The position numbers and the translations under genes were made by a program. A stretch of 61,816 nucleotides of DNA, filler included, from an uncultured bacterium (GTDB lineage Bacteria; CAYJOG01), in the NCBI GenBank assembly GCA_964371695.1. It is 12 parts of 12 records of this genome, joined end to end, with 100 filler letters (N's around TTAATTAATTAA, not from the genome) between each part and the next. Parts side by side here need not be neighbours in the genome. Positions count along the whole stretch, not along the records: positions 31,230 to 36,288 come from CAYJOG010000243.1; positions 36,389 to 41,418 come from CAYJOG010000244.1; positions 41,519 to 46,542 come from CAYJOG010000245.1; 9 more parts are not named here. The stretch is one strand, 5' to 3'. A model generated the notes under the pieces. It was not told the DNA's origin. It saw only the letters and a program-made list of their open reading frames with translations, and made no database searches. Positions 34,466-44,597 of this stretch are shown piece by piece. Within the stretch, counting starts at the first letter, position 1. Each line of letters opens with the position of its first letter.

Positions 34466-34549
34466 GGCACCCTCCGATGTTTTTACTATCCGCCCCGCCC
34501 ACAAAAATTGACCACGGTTTTGCCCGCCGCGAAAAGCTATATTTCCCCC

Positions 34550-35944
34550 ATGTCAAAACTGCTCACCGTGGATAACCCTTTCACCGGCGAAACAGCCGTC
34601 TCCCTGCCCTATCACACGCTGGACGAAGCCCTGCAGGCACTGACCCAAGCCGCTACCACGCAACGGGAATGGGCGAAAACCAGCCTGAAGGAACGCTTGG
34701 CCCTGGCCGAACGCTTCATGGCCGCGTGGGATGAACGGGCCGAACAGACCGCCGAAGAAGTCACCCGCCAGATGGGCAAACCCCTTGGGCAGGCCCGCGG
34801 CGAGGTGAAAGGCGCGCGGGGGCGCATGGGTTTTATGGTGGCGTCTGCCGAAAAGGCCCTGGCGCCGGAAAACCTGCCCGCCGCCGAGGGTTTTGAACTC
34901 ATCATCACCCACGAGCCGGTGGGCGTGGTGCTGGATATCGCCGCGTGGAACTATCCCCTGCTCATCGCCGTGAACGCCGTGCTGCCTGCGGTGCTGGCGG
35001 GCAATGCGGTGCTCATCAAACACAGCGCCCGCACGCCTCTGTGCGGCCTGGCTTTTGAGGAATGTTTCCGCAAAGCGGGCGCGCCCGAGGGTCTGGTGAA
35101 AAATCTCGTGCTGAGCCACGCCGACACCGCCGCGCTCATTCAGCACCCTGAAATCGGTTATGTGAGTTTCACCGGCAGCGTGCGGGGTGGTCATGAGGTA
35201 TACGGCGAAACAGCCCGGCGGTTCATCACCTGCACGCTGGAACTGGGGGGCAAAGACCCCGCCTATGTGGCCCCCGACGCGCCCTTTGATTTCGCCGTGG
35301 AAAACTTGGTGGACGGCGCGTTTTATAACGCGGGCCAGAGCTGCTGCGGCATCGAGCGCATATATGTGCATGACAGCCTCTATGACCGTTTTGTGGACGC
35401 CTATGTGGAACTGACCCGCGCCTATGTGCTGGGCGACCCCATGGACGACAAAACCACCCTCGGCCCCCTGGCCCAGGCCAGTGCGCCCGCTTTTCTCGAA
35501 GGACAGGTGAAAGATGCCGTGGCCAAAGGCGGGCGTCTGCTGCTGGGGGGCAACCCCACACAGGTGGGCGGCAAGGGCCGGTTTTTTGAACCCGCCGTGG
35601 TGGCGGACGCGAACCACACCATGTCGCTGATGATGGAAGAGAGCTTTGGCCCGGTCATTGGCATCGCCAGGGTGAGCAGCGAAGAAGAAGCCGTGCGACT
35701 GATGAACGACAGCCCCTATGGCCTCACGGCCAGCGTGTGGACACAGGACAGCCACACCGCCGACCGCCTGCGGGCCGTGGTGCGCACCGGCACGTTTTTC
35801 CAGAACCGCTGCGACTTTCTGGAACCCTCCCTGCCCTGGGTGGGCGTGGGTGATTCCGGCCTGGGCTGCTCACTCTCACACTACGGCTTCAAACAGATGA
35901 CCCGCCTGAAGAGTCACCACCTGCGACGCAAACTGCCGGGGTAG
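34550..35944 (+). CDS. NAD(P)-dependent aldehyde dehydrogenase
   Basis: AWNYP, FTGS, LELGGKDP, GQSCC, EESFGP; ATG at 34550. Confidence 0.95.
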   Translation: MSKLLTVDNPFTGETAVSLPYHTLDEALQALTQAATTQREWAKTSLKERLALAERFMAAWDERAEQTAEEVTRQMGKPLGQARGEVKGARGRMGFMVASAEKALAPENLPAAEGFELIITHEPVGVVLDIAAWNYPLLIAVNAVLPAVLAGNAVLIKHSARTPLCGLAFEECFRKAGAPEGLVKNLVLSHADTAALIQHPEIGYVSFTGSVRGGHEVYGETARRFITCTLELGGKDPAYVAPDAPFDFAVENLVDGAFYNAGQSCCGIERIYVHDSLYDRFVDAYVELTRAYVLGDPMDDKTTLGPLAQASAPAFLEGQVKDAVAKGGRLLLGGNPTQVGGKGRFFEPAVVADANHTMSLMMEESFGPVIGIARVSSEEEAVRLMNDSPYGLTASVWTQDSHTADRLRAVVRTGTFFQNRCDFLEPSLPWVGVGDSGLGCSLSHYGFKQMTRLKSHHLRRKLPG

Positions 35945-36388
35945 AACCTCCCTCCATCTCCTTTTTACGCCCCCAAACAATCATTTTTTCACCATTGGGG
36001 GCGCTGCCCCCAAACCCCCGCCGGGAGGACCTGTCCTCCCGGACCCACCGGATATGGCGCTACGCGCAGAAAGAATCAGGAATCAGCCACAAGCCGTCAT
36101 TCCCGCGAAAGCGGGAATCCAGTTAAAGCGGAAAGGTTTTTTGACCTTTGTGTCTATGCCACAGGCGAGACGCCCGTGGCTACTACGGGACTTGTCCGAT
36201 TGGCTTTCGGCCCTGCGGTTCCCACAGGTTTAGCCACCACGGCGGGCTTTTCCCGCCTCGTATACACAGGCGCCGGCGCCGCCGGGGGNNNNNNNNNNNN
36301 NNNNNNNNNNNNNNNNNNNNNNNNNNNNNNNNTTAATTAATTAANNNNNNNNNNNNNNNNNNNNNNNNNNNNNNNNNNNNNNNNNNNN

Positions 36389-36730
36389 GACTCGGTGTTT
36401 GTGCGGCGCGTGCTGCGCGAGATATTGGAGGGGGATGGTTACACCGTGGTGGGCGAGGCCGAAGACGGCCAGCAGGCCGTGGCGCTGTTTGCCCAGACCC
36501 GACCGGACCTGGTGATGATGGATATCCAGATGCCCGCCCTGAGCGGCGTGGAGGCCACGCGGCAGATTCTGGCGGGGGACCCCGGCGCGGTGGTGGTGGT
36601 GTGCAGCGTCATCGCCAACAGCCAGCTCATCCGCAACGCGCTGGAGGCCGGTGTGTCGTTTTTCATCGCCAAACCTTTTGAAAAATCAACGGTGCTCAGC
36701 ACGGTGGCCCAGGCCCTGAAGCGCGTGTGA
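36389..36730 (+). CDS. CheY-like single-domain response regulator (5' truncated)
   Basis: DS.FVR, PDLVMMDIQMP, KPF. Confidence 0.9.
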   Translation, partial: DSVFVRRVLREILEGDGYTVVGEAEDGQQAVALFAQTRPDLVMMDIQMPALSGVEATRQILAGDPGAVVVVCSVIANSQLIRNALEAGVSFFIAKPFEKSTVLSTVAQALKRV

Positions 36731-37308
36731 TGGCGACCTTGGACGAATTCATCCGCCACGGCGTGGCGGCGCTGGAGGGTTTGCCCCTGGTGGCCCGCAG
36801 TTATCTGGGTGTGGGCAAAGCCCCCAGCCTGCTGCGCGAAAAGGTCATGCTGGGGGTGAGTGGTTATAACCAGTGCCGCTATTGCATTTCCATCCACGGC
36901 GCGCTGGCGGACATGGAAGGCGCGGGGCAGGAGGAACAGCAGGCCCTGGGGGCCGTGTGCCAGTCCCCTTTGCCAGAGGACATGGACCCGCCCACGCGCC
37001 TGGCGGTGGTTTATGCCCTGCGGGTCATCGGCGAAGAAGAAACCACGGACCTGATGGCGGAACTGCGGCGGTTTTTCAGCACGGAAGAAATCAGGGAAAT
37101 CGCCGCCTTTGCCCGCGTGATGCTGGTGAGCAACGAGGCGGGCCACACGGTGGACGCTTTCATCGAACGGCTGCGGGGCGCGCCCAGAGACGGCAGCGAA
37201 CTGGTGCAGGAACTTGGGATATTGGCGCTGCTGCTGCCGGTGGGCGCACCCGCCCTGGGGTTGTATGGCCTCAGCCGGTGGTATGGCCGTCTGGGACAGG
37301 AAAAATGA
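36730..37308 (+). CDS. carboxymuconolactone decarboxylase/AhpD family protein
   Basis: REKVMLGVSGYNQCRYCISIH. Confidence 0.85.
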   Translation: MATLDEFIRHGVAALEGLPLVARSYLGVGKAPSLLREKVMLGVSGYNQCRYCISIHGALADMEGAGQEEQQALGAVCQSPLPEDMDPPTRLAVVYALRVIGEEETTDLMAELRRFFSTEEIREIAAFARVMLVSNEAGHTVDAFIERLRGAPRDGSELVQELGILALLLPVGAPALGLYGLSRWYGRLGQEK

Positions 37309-38267
37309 CCCACCCGCTCCTGGCCCCCTATCAGCCGTTGCGATCCATTTATCAAACCCTGCACGGGTGGCAAAAAGAACACCCTGATCTGGTGCGGGTG
37401 CAGGAAATCGGCAAAAGCAGCGGCGGGCGGTCCATTCTGGCGGCGGCCATCGGGCGCAACCCCAAGGCCCCTGTGCTGTCGCTCACAGCGCTGTTTCACA
37501 GCATGGAGTTTCCCGGCCCCGCCACGGTGATGCGTTTTGCACAGGAGGTGCTCGCCAAACCAAAAGACAAACTGCTGGATCAGGCCACGCTTTGTCTTGT
37601 GCCCGTGGTGCATCCCGATGGTTACGAACAGGTGTGGCAGGATCTGGAAAACGGCAAACGCTGGTTTTTTCACCGCTACACACAAAACCGGGTGAACCTG
37701 AATCGCAACTTTGGCCCCGGTTTTCACCACGCCCCCAAACGCAGTCCCGGCAGCGGCGAGCGGCCCTTCAGCGAGCCAGAGAGCCGGGCGCTGAAAAACT
37801 GGCACGACCAGCATCCCCCCCGCGTGAGCATGTGCTTTCACACCTGCGCCCACTATCTGGTTTATCCCTGGGCCTATCATCATGGCCCGCCCCCGCCCCA
37901 GGACATGGCGGTTTATGATCGGCTGTATCAGGCTTTTTCAAAACCCATGGCCCGGCCCTTCCGCTGGTTGCAGAGCAGTCATTTCAACGGCCACACCGGG
38001 GATTATCAGGACTGGGTGTATGGCCATTACAGGGCCGCGTCGCTGCTGATAGAAATGGGCCGCCCGGCGTTGTCGGTGAACGCCCCCAACATGCTGCTGA
38101 ACCCCTTTCTGTTTTTCAACTTTCCCTCGGCGCGGGGTCTGGAAAAGGATGTTTCCACCGTGACGGCGGGGTTGTGGGAACTGTGGCGGGAAACCCCCGG
38201 CGTGGCCCCCATGGTGATCGGGGGATTTCCCAAAGAAGTGGACTACCGCACCACGCTTTTGATTTGA
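37305..38267 (+). CDS. M14 zinc carboxypeptidase
   Basis: HSME, HPDG, NLNRNF, PFSEPE, FHT; ATGA overlap with the upstream gene. Confidence 0.9.
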   Translation: MTHPLLAPYQPLRSIYQTLHGWQKEHPDLVRVQEIGKSSGGRSILAAAIGRNPKAPVLSLTALFHSMEFPGPATVMRFAQEVLAKPKDKLLDQATLCLVPVVHPDGYEQVWQDLENGKRWFFHRYTQNRVNLNRNFGPGFHHAPKRSPGSGERPFSEPESRALKNWHDQHPPRVSMCFHTCAHYLVYPWAYHHGPPPPQDMAVYDRLYQAFSKPMARPFRWLQSSHFNGHTGDYQDWVYGHYRAASLLIEMGRPALSVNAPNMLLNPFLFFNFPSARGLEKDVSTVTAGLWELWRETPGVAPMVIGGFPKEVDYRTTLLI

Positions 38268-38275
38268 ATCAGTTG

Positions 38276-39475
38276 TTACCGGATGGGCGGAAGGGGCGTG
38301 CCGGTGTAACCGGGCAGGGGGGGGGGGGGTTGGGGTTTGAGCACGTCGGGCAGGTTTTGCTGGGCGGTGGTCTGTATCCACGGGTTGGTCTCCGGCGGCG
38401 GAGGCGGATAGGCCAGTTCCTCTACCGGCAGGGGGCTGGCGAAGGGTTTCACCCCGCTCATGGGCACGTCTTCTTCCAGATTGGTTTCTTTGTCGATGCG
38501 CCTGAGGGTGATCTCTGGTGTGCCCCGTTGTTCCAGAAAATACAGATACCGCCCCTCACCGGCATACACCGGCTCGAACTGCGGAAACATGCCGGTGCCC
38601 ATGCGTTTGCTTTCGCGTGTGTTCAGGTCTGTCTCTACCAGCACCCGGCGGTTATTGATCCACGCGCCATAGGCCATGAACTTGCCCAGGGGGTCAAAGA
38701 CGGGCGGGGCCTCTCCCGTGAGCGAATTGCTGTAACGCTTCAGGCCGGAGCCATCTTTTTTGATGGTGTAAAGCTCGCTGGTAAAACCCCGCTCGTTGGC
38801 CACAAAACCAAAACCCTTGTTGCGGGGCATGGCCACCGGTAGGTAGTCGAGTATCTCCGTGCCCATGACGTTTTCGGGTTTCAGGTTTTGCAGCTTGATG
38901 GTCCACAGGTCGGCGTCCACCGTCACCATCACCGACTTGCCCTTGGTGTCAAAGGCCGTGCCGCATTCCACGTAAATACGTTTTGACAGCGTTTTGGCCG
39001 AAGACCCCTTGGTGTAGTTCAGTAGCCGCAGGCGCTTTTTGCCGGCGGTGTCCAGATAGAGGTAATCCCACTGGCGGCCAAAAAGCTGACACACCATCAG
39101 GTGGTCTCCCTGGGGGTTCCACTGGGGGTTGCGATATTTGCCTGCGGGTGTCAGGGCGGTGGCTTTAGTTGCGCCGGGGGCCAGATAAAACAGTCGCTCG
39201 CCTTCGTTAGTGCGCCCAATAAATGCGATGCCCTTGCCCTTGGGGTGGGGGCGCGGCTCGGTGGCGAACAGGTTGGGGGGGGTGACGAGTTCTTCTTCGC
39301 CGCCCTTCAGCCCCAGGCGGGCGATCTGCTGGCGAGGGCCTTCCCGCCGCAGGTAAAACAGGTTTTTGCCATCTGCCGAGGCCTGCAACTGGCCCCGCAA
39401 AATGTAGGCCTGCGCACCCGTGGTGCTCAGCAGGCCCAGGGCCAAAAAAACGAATCCGAAAACCCGCCCCGTCAT
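38276..39475 (-). CDS. TolB-like (PD40) beta-propeller secreted protein
   Basis: Signal peptide; repeats P.WNPQG, PVFDPLG, ELYTIKKDGS. Confidence 0.75.
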   Translation of the reverse strand: MTGRVFGFVFLALGLLSTTGAQAYILRGQLQASADGKNLFYLRREGPRQQIARLGLKGGEEELVTPPNLFATEPRPHPKGKGIAFIGRTNEGERLFYLAPGATKATALTPAGKYRNPQWNPQGDHLMVCQLFGRQWDYLYLDTAGKKRLRLLNYTKGSSAKTLSKRIYVECGTAFDTKGKSVMVTVDADLWTIKLQNLKPENVMGTEILDYLPVAMPRNKGFGFVANERGFTSELYTIKKDGSGLKRYSNSLTGEAPPVFDPLGKFMAYGAWINNRRVLVETDLNTRESKRMGTGMFPQFEPVYAGEGRYLYFLEQRGTPEITLRRIDKETNLEEDVPMSGVKPFASPLPVEELAYPPPPPETNPWIQTTAQQNLPDVLKPQPPPPLPGYTGTPLPPIR

Positions 39476-40674
39476 TCGGCCACAGGATACACCCCAAGCA
39501 CGCGCAGGGTGCTCACCTGCTTTTCGATGGTTTTCATCAGCGCCGCCTGCTCTTTGCCCTGCACCCCGCTCAAAAAGTCTACAAAAAAGCGGTATTCATA
39601 AAGCACGCCCTGCACGGGGCGGCTTTCGATGAACGTCAGGTTCACCCCCGCTTTTGAAAACCCCGCCAACAGCCGCGCCAGAGAGCCAGGCTCGTGTTTG
39701 AGGGTGAAGCAGAGGCTGGTTTTGTGCTGGCCCCGCGAGGGCGGGGGAGGCGTTCTGGACAGGATGAGAAAGCGGGTGGTGTTGTTGGCGTGGTCGTGGA
39801 TGTTGCGCTTGAGGATTTTCAGGCCATAGGTCTGGGCCGCCAGCTCTCCGGCAATGGCCACCACCCGGTCGTCCTGCGCCGCCAGTTGGGCCGCAGCGGC
39901 GGTGCTGGGCGACTGCACCAGTTCCAGGTGTTTGCCAGCGGCCCCGCGCCAGCGGCGGCACTGGCCCAGGGGCTGGCTGAAGGTGGCCAGGCGGGTGGCG
40001 TCTTCCAGCTCTCCGCGCCCCAGCAGGTGATGGGCCACGGGCAGGTGATATTCGCCAAAAATCTGCACCTGGGGGGTGGCGTGGATGGCGTCGAGCGTGG
40101 CGGCCACCACGCCTTCGGTGGTGTTCTCCACCGGGGCCACGGCAAAGTGGGCGGTGCCCGTGGCCACCGCCGTGATGGCCTCGGCAAAATCAGGCTCTGG
40201 CTGAATCACCGCCGAGTGGCCAAAAATGCGCCGGGCCGCCTCGTGGCTGAAACTGCCGAGTGGGCCGAGGCAGGAGACGGTGGGCGGCTCCTGCAGTCCC
40301 CGGCAGGCGCTGATGATTTCGGCGAAAATCGCTCGCACCTGCACGTCTTCAAGGGGGCCGCCGGTGGTGCGGTTTTGTGTGCTCAACCGGGCGAAGATGG
40401 CCGCCTCACGGCCGGGGTCATAGGGCGTGGCGGTTTTTTTGAGCTTGCCCGCCTCTTGCGCCAGACGGGCGCGGGCGTTCAACAGCGTGAGCATGAGGTC
40501 GTCAATGGCGTCAATGCCCTCGCGCACCTGGGCGAGCGTGGAGACAGGCGCGGCCCCCTTGGCCGAGGTGGGGGGCAGGTTCAGCAGGCCCTCGATTTTG
40601 GCTTTTTTGCCGGGCTTGGCCGCCGCCGGTTTTTTCTTTGCCGTTTTGGCCGGGGTGGAAGATTTTTGTGTCAT
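39472..40674 (-). CDS. pheA: chorismate mutase/prephenate dehydratase
   Basis: CM domain VREGIDAID; LGPLGSFS, PVENTTEG, NTTRF; ACT domain ESRP. Confidence 0.93.
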   Translation of the reverse strand: MTQKSSTPAKTAKKKPAAAKPGKKAKIEGLLNLPPTSAKGAAPVSTLAQVREGIDAIDDLMLTLLNARARLAQEAGKLKKTATPYDPGREAAIFARLSTQNRTTGGPLEDVQVRAIFAEIISACRGLQEPPTVSCLGPLGSFSHEAARRIFGHSAVIQPEPDFAEAITAVATGTAHFAVAPVENTTEGVVAATLDAIHATPQVQIFGEYHLPVAHHLLGRGELEDATRLATFSQPLGQCRRWRGAAGKHLELVQSPSTAAAAQLAAQDDRVVAIAGELAAQTYGLKILKRNIHDHANNTTRFLILSRTPPPPSRGQHKTSLCFTLKHEPGSLARLLAGFSKAGVNLTFIESRPVQGVLYEYRFFVDFLSGVQGKEQAALMKTIEKQVSTLRVLGVYPVAE

Positions 40675-41285
40675 GTGTTCAGTCCTCGGTTGGCCCGTGT
40701 CATCCAGCGGGCGATGGTGTCCTGTTCGTCTGGCCCCGGCGAGAGGCCCCGCGCCTTGGCGAGATAATCCAGCCCCTGCTGATAGTGGGCCTGACGCACC
40801 GCCAAAATGCCCAGCTTGAGCCAGGTGATCATGTCATCCGGGGCCTGTTGGGCAATGCCCAGCAGCTCTTTTGTCTCTTGCACAAACCCCAGCCGCCTGC
40901 CGATGAGATAACCCAGGCCCCCGCCCATCAGCCCCCCCACCAGGGCGGCGTGCAGCCATTGCAGGGTGTGGTCCACCCCCGCCACCTGGCCAAAGGCGGA
41001 ATCCTGCGCAGTGGTGCGGTTGTCCACCACCAGCAGGGCCACCAGGGTGAGCGCCCCCAGCAGGGCGCAGGCCGCCGCGCCCTGGGTCGCCTGATCCATG
41101 GGTTCGTTGATGAGGCGCTCATGCAGCCAGGAGGCCCCCAGCACCAGCGCCGCGCCAATCACGCCGCCGCACAGCGCCGCTGCCAGCCAGTGGGAAAGAT
41201 ACACATGGGGCAACCCGGCCACCGAGCCGACAAGCACACCGGCCAACAGGCCAAGGCCGGTTCCCTGTAAGGCAGCGGTGCTCAC
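40671..41285 (-). CDS. membrane protein with C-terminal TPR-like repeat
   Basis: Four Gly-rich TM helices; WLKLGILA...YQQGLDYLAKARGLSP. Confidence 0.65.
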   Translation of the reverse strand: MSTAALQGTGLGLLAGVLVGSVAGLPHVYLSHWLAAALCGGVIGAALVLGASWLHERLINEPMDQATQGAAACALLGALTLVALLVVDNRTTAQDSAFGQVAGVDHTLQWLHAALVGGLMGGGLGYLIGRRLGFVQETKELLGIAQQAPDDMITWLKLGILAVRQAHYQQGLDYLAKARGLSPGPDEQDTIARWMTRANRGLNT

Positions 41286-41354
41286 AAGAGTTCAGTCTAT
41301 ATGAACTCGTGCGCCCTTGGCGGCGCATGGGTTGAAGAGGTTACAATGCCTCCC

Positions 41355-41418
41355 GTGAATCCCGCGACCGAGGACACCCGCAAAGTCACGCTTGACGAAC
41401 TTTACCCCGGCCTGGTGG
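41355..41418 (+). CDS. 5' fragment of a CDS running off the contig
   Basis: TACAAT, 7 nt, GTG; reads MNPATEDTRKVTLDELYPGLV. Confidence 0.45.
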
Positions 41419-41518
41419 NNNNNNNNNNNNNNNNNNNNNNNNNNNNNNNNNNNNNNNNNNNNTTAATTAATTAANNNNNNNNNNNNNNNNNNNNNNNNNN
41501 NNNNNNNNNNNNNNNNNN

Positions 41519-43840
41519 GCCCAGCACATCCCGGTAATCCAGCGCCGCCACCGACCGCAAAACGCTGGTGACGCCATTTTTTTCCACGTTATACGGATTG
41601 CAACTGGCGGCATAGGGCGTGGCGGCCCGGCGGCCATCGGCAGAGGCGATGGAAAAACGCCCGTCAATGGTGTGGGTGGTCATGCTGATGAGATAGGGCA
41701 CAAACACACCGCCCCGGTGCGAGGTGTAACGGTAGGTTTCCTGAAAAAGCGCGCTGGTGAGCCGCCGGGCAAGCTGATCGGTTTCATCGTCGCCATTGCC
41801 CCACTTGCCCGGCAGGGCCAGGATTTGCCGGTGCAGTTCTTCATGACCAATGAAGTTGTGATCAATGGCCCTGAGCAGTTCACGAAACGTGATCTGTTTC
41901 TGTTCAAACACCAGTTTGCGGATGACATAAAGCGAGTCCACCACATTGGCGATGCTGTTGATGAACGAAATACCCGACAGGTCATAGACAGCGCCCCCGG
42001 CCGTGACATCCTTTTTGTTTGTCAGACAGCCCTGTGTAAAAGCTGAGAGATACGGCGCGGGCAGGTGCTCCTGAAACAGCCTGTCCCGCAGGTTTGAGGC
42101 CGAGCAGATCAGTTCCATCTGATGCCGAGCCTGTTCCAGAAAAGCCGCCAGAAATTCCTCAAATGTTTCAAAGGCATCCGGGTCGCCGGTGGGCAACCCC
42201 GCATTTTTGATGGACGCCATCAGCGTCTGCGCGCTGCCGCCGCGCAGGGTGATATCCAGCAGCCGGTTGAGCAACAAGGCGTTGGCGCTCATGCCGCCCG
42301 TTTTGCCGGGGCACAACATTTCCACGCAACCCATCACGGCGTAATCCCGCGCGTCCTCGGTGCTGAAACCCCGTCGCGTCATGGCCTCCACGTTCACGTC
42401 ATCGTTAAACAGCGAGAGGTTGGAGCTGCCCCGGTACAGTGCGTTCGCCACCGCCAGCAACAGTTTTTCGGGCGTGTTCTCATGCACCCGCACCGACACA
42501 TTGGTCACAGCCCTGGAGCGCTCCGCCGCTTCGATAAACAGATAGGTCAGATCATTGGTGGCGTCTGTTCCATCGGGCCTGAGGCCCCCAATGGTGACCG
42601 GCGAGGAGCCAAGATAACGGTGATAAAACTGACTGAGAAAACCGGACTCCGGCCGGATGTTCTGGGACATGATCTTGAGCAGCAATTCCTCAAGCAGTTC
42701 CCTGGCCTCCTCGCGGGTAAGCCGACCTGCTTTCACATCCCGCTGGAAATAGGGGAAAAAGACCTGGTCCATGCGGCCAAAAGAATTCAGGTTCACCGGG
42801 TGGGCCAGCTCCACCGCCGTTTTCAACGTCCAGGCTCCCTGCACCGCCTGAGAAAAAGTCTCTGCCGGGTGCAGCGGGGTCACGCGGCAGTTCTCGCACA
42901 TGGCCGCCAGTGCTGCTTTGCGGGCCGGGTCTGTTTCTGCCGCCAGTTTTTGTTCCAGTGCGCCGGTGAGCCGCTGCGCATAAACCATGACGCCCTCAAT
43001 CGCGATTTTCACGGAGTTCAGAAATGCCCGTTGGTCTGCGGAAAGTCCCCTGTCTCTTTCAAGCTGGCGGGCGACCTCGCCGTGCATGGCCAACAGACCT
43101 TTTTTCAGCACCGTTTCGTAATCAATGATCACGTGCCCTTGATAGGCCCCGATGGTGGCGCAGGGCGAGAGCATGAGGGTCTGGCGCGAGGTGTTGGCGG
43201 GAATGGCGGTGGAAAACCGCTGCATGTCGCTGCCCATCAGACCAGAGGCCGCCAGTTCCTTTTCAAGCCGGTCCACCATGGTTTTGCCCTTCCAGTAAGG
43301 CAGCAGAGTGTGGCGCAGTTCTTTTTTGTCGCGGGGGCGGATGCTGAACCGGTTGATGTCGCGGCTGGTCATGGTGTCCAGCCCAAGGTCCACGGCCTGT
43401 GGCTCTGTGCCTCTGGCGGCATTCAGGTGAGACAAAAAACTTTCCAGTTGGCGCTCGCGCACCAGATAGGCCAGTGTGCCGCCCAGCGACTGAACCCGCG
43501 ACGACAGCATGGACAAGCGGTCCAGTTCTGTTTCCAGAACGGTGTTGAACACGCCCCGCTCAATGTCAACGGGAATGCCGAGAAAATCTTCTGTCCAGTA
43601 ACCGGCGATGCGGTCGTTCGCGCTCACGTAATGCGTCATGTTTTCGTAGACGTGTTTCATGGCCAGGGCCACGCGTTCGGCCCGGGACAAATCAAGTCCG
43701 CGGCTTTTTTTCCAGCTTTCGGTGTAATACCTCGCCCGCTCCACAGAAATGACGGGAACCTCTGTGTGATACCGGCTTTTCAGGCGTTCAATCCGGTGTG
43801 TGGACGTTGCGGTTTTCAGCAAGATTTTTTCCCCTTTCAT
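41519..43840 (-). CDS. glycyl radical enzyme (PFL2/eliminase-like), 3' truncated before the Gly loop
   Basis: ISVERARYYTES, QGHVIIDY, GRMDQ, VTIGG, NDLTY, Cys loop MGCVE, KWGNGD, ASADGR. Confidence 0.92.
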
Positions 43841-44505
43841 GAGGTGATGAACCGCTGGAACAGGGTGTCCACCAGGTGGTGCAGGTGTTCACGTCGCTCA
43901 GCCAGGGCCTTTGCCCCCAGGGGGTCTTCTCCCCACAATTCCTGCAAAACAGGGGCATAGGTGTAGTAGTTGATGACCATGCCAAACAGGCTCAAGAAAA
44001 ACTGGCGGGCGCTGAGGGGGCCGCTTGTTTCCAGACTGTCGCCCAACAGGCCGCTGCCCCACAAAAAAAGAGGCCGCATGTATTGCACGATTTTGCCCAG
44101 GCTGCGGGGGCTGGAGCAGACTTCCCGCTGGATGAGACGGGCATAACCAGGGTTCATCTCCACAAAATCCAGATAGGCGTCCAGGCCGGTGTGAAAACGT
44201 TCTCCCAGTGTGCCCTGGCTGCTGATGGCAGGCATGAGCGCCGACATCTGCGCGGCGTAATACTGGTCCAGAACCGCGTCAAAAAGCTCCTGCTTGGAGT
44301 TGAAGTAATAAAACACCAGCCCCTTGGCCACACCCGCCTGCTGGGCCACGTCCACCATCTTCACCTCGTCAAAACCCTGCTGAATGAAGTGCTCTTCAGC
44401 CGCCTTGAGAATGCGCGCCCGCACCTCGGCGTTTTTGGCGTTGTCCTGCTCAAGCTTTCGTTTGGGGGCGTCTTTTTTGCCGGATTTTGTTTTGGTTTTT
44501 TTCAT
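43837..44505 (-). CDS. TetR/AcrR family regulator
   Basis: RILKAA...VAQQAGVAKGLVFYYFNSKQELF; ATGA overlap with the GRE gene. Confidence 0.94.
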   Translation of the reverse strand: MKKTKTKSGKKDAPKRKLEQDNAKNAEVRARILKAAEEHFIQQGFDEVKMVDVAQQAGVAKGLVFYYFNSKQELFDAVLDQYYAAQMSALMPAISSQGTLGERFHTGLDAYLDFVEMNPGYARLIQREVCSSPRSLGKIVQYMRPLFLWGSGLLGDSLETSGPLSARQFFLSLFGMVINYYTYAPVLQELWGEDPLGAKALAERREHLHHLVDTLFQRFITS

Positions 44506-44525
44506 AATTTTTGGCCCTCGACAAC

Positions 44526-44572
44526 ATTGACCCGCCGGTCAATTCATGTTATATATTGACCCATGGGTCAAT
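44526..44572. promoter_or_regulatory. twin palindromic operators, probably TetR sites
   Basis: ATTGACC-CGCC-GGTCAAT (44526-44543) and perfect ATTGACCCATGGGTCAAT (44555-44572) between divergent genes. Confidence 0.85.
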
Positions 44573-44597
44573 TCGTGTCAAGCCAGGAAATCACCCC

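Noticed and set aside
34058-34549. N-terminal extensions on ALDH (also on M14, punA, serS, asnB and the CZB ORF)
   Set aside because: Longest-ORF artefacts overlapping other genes or repeats; better starts with an RBS or -10 box lie downstream.
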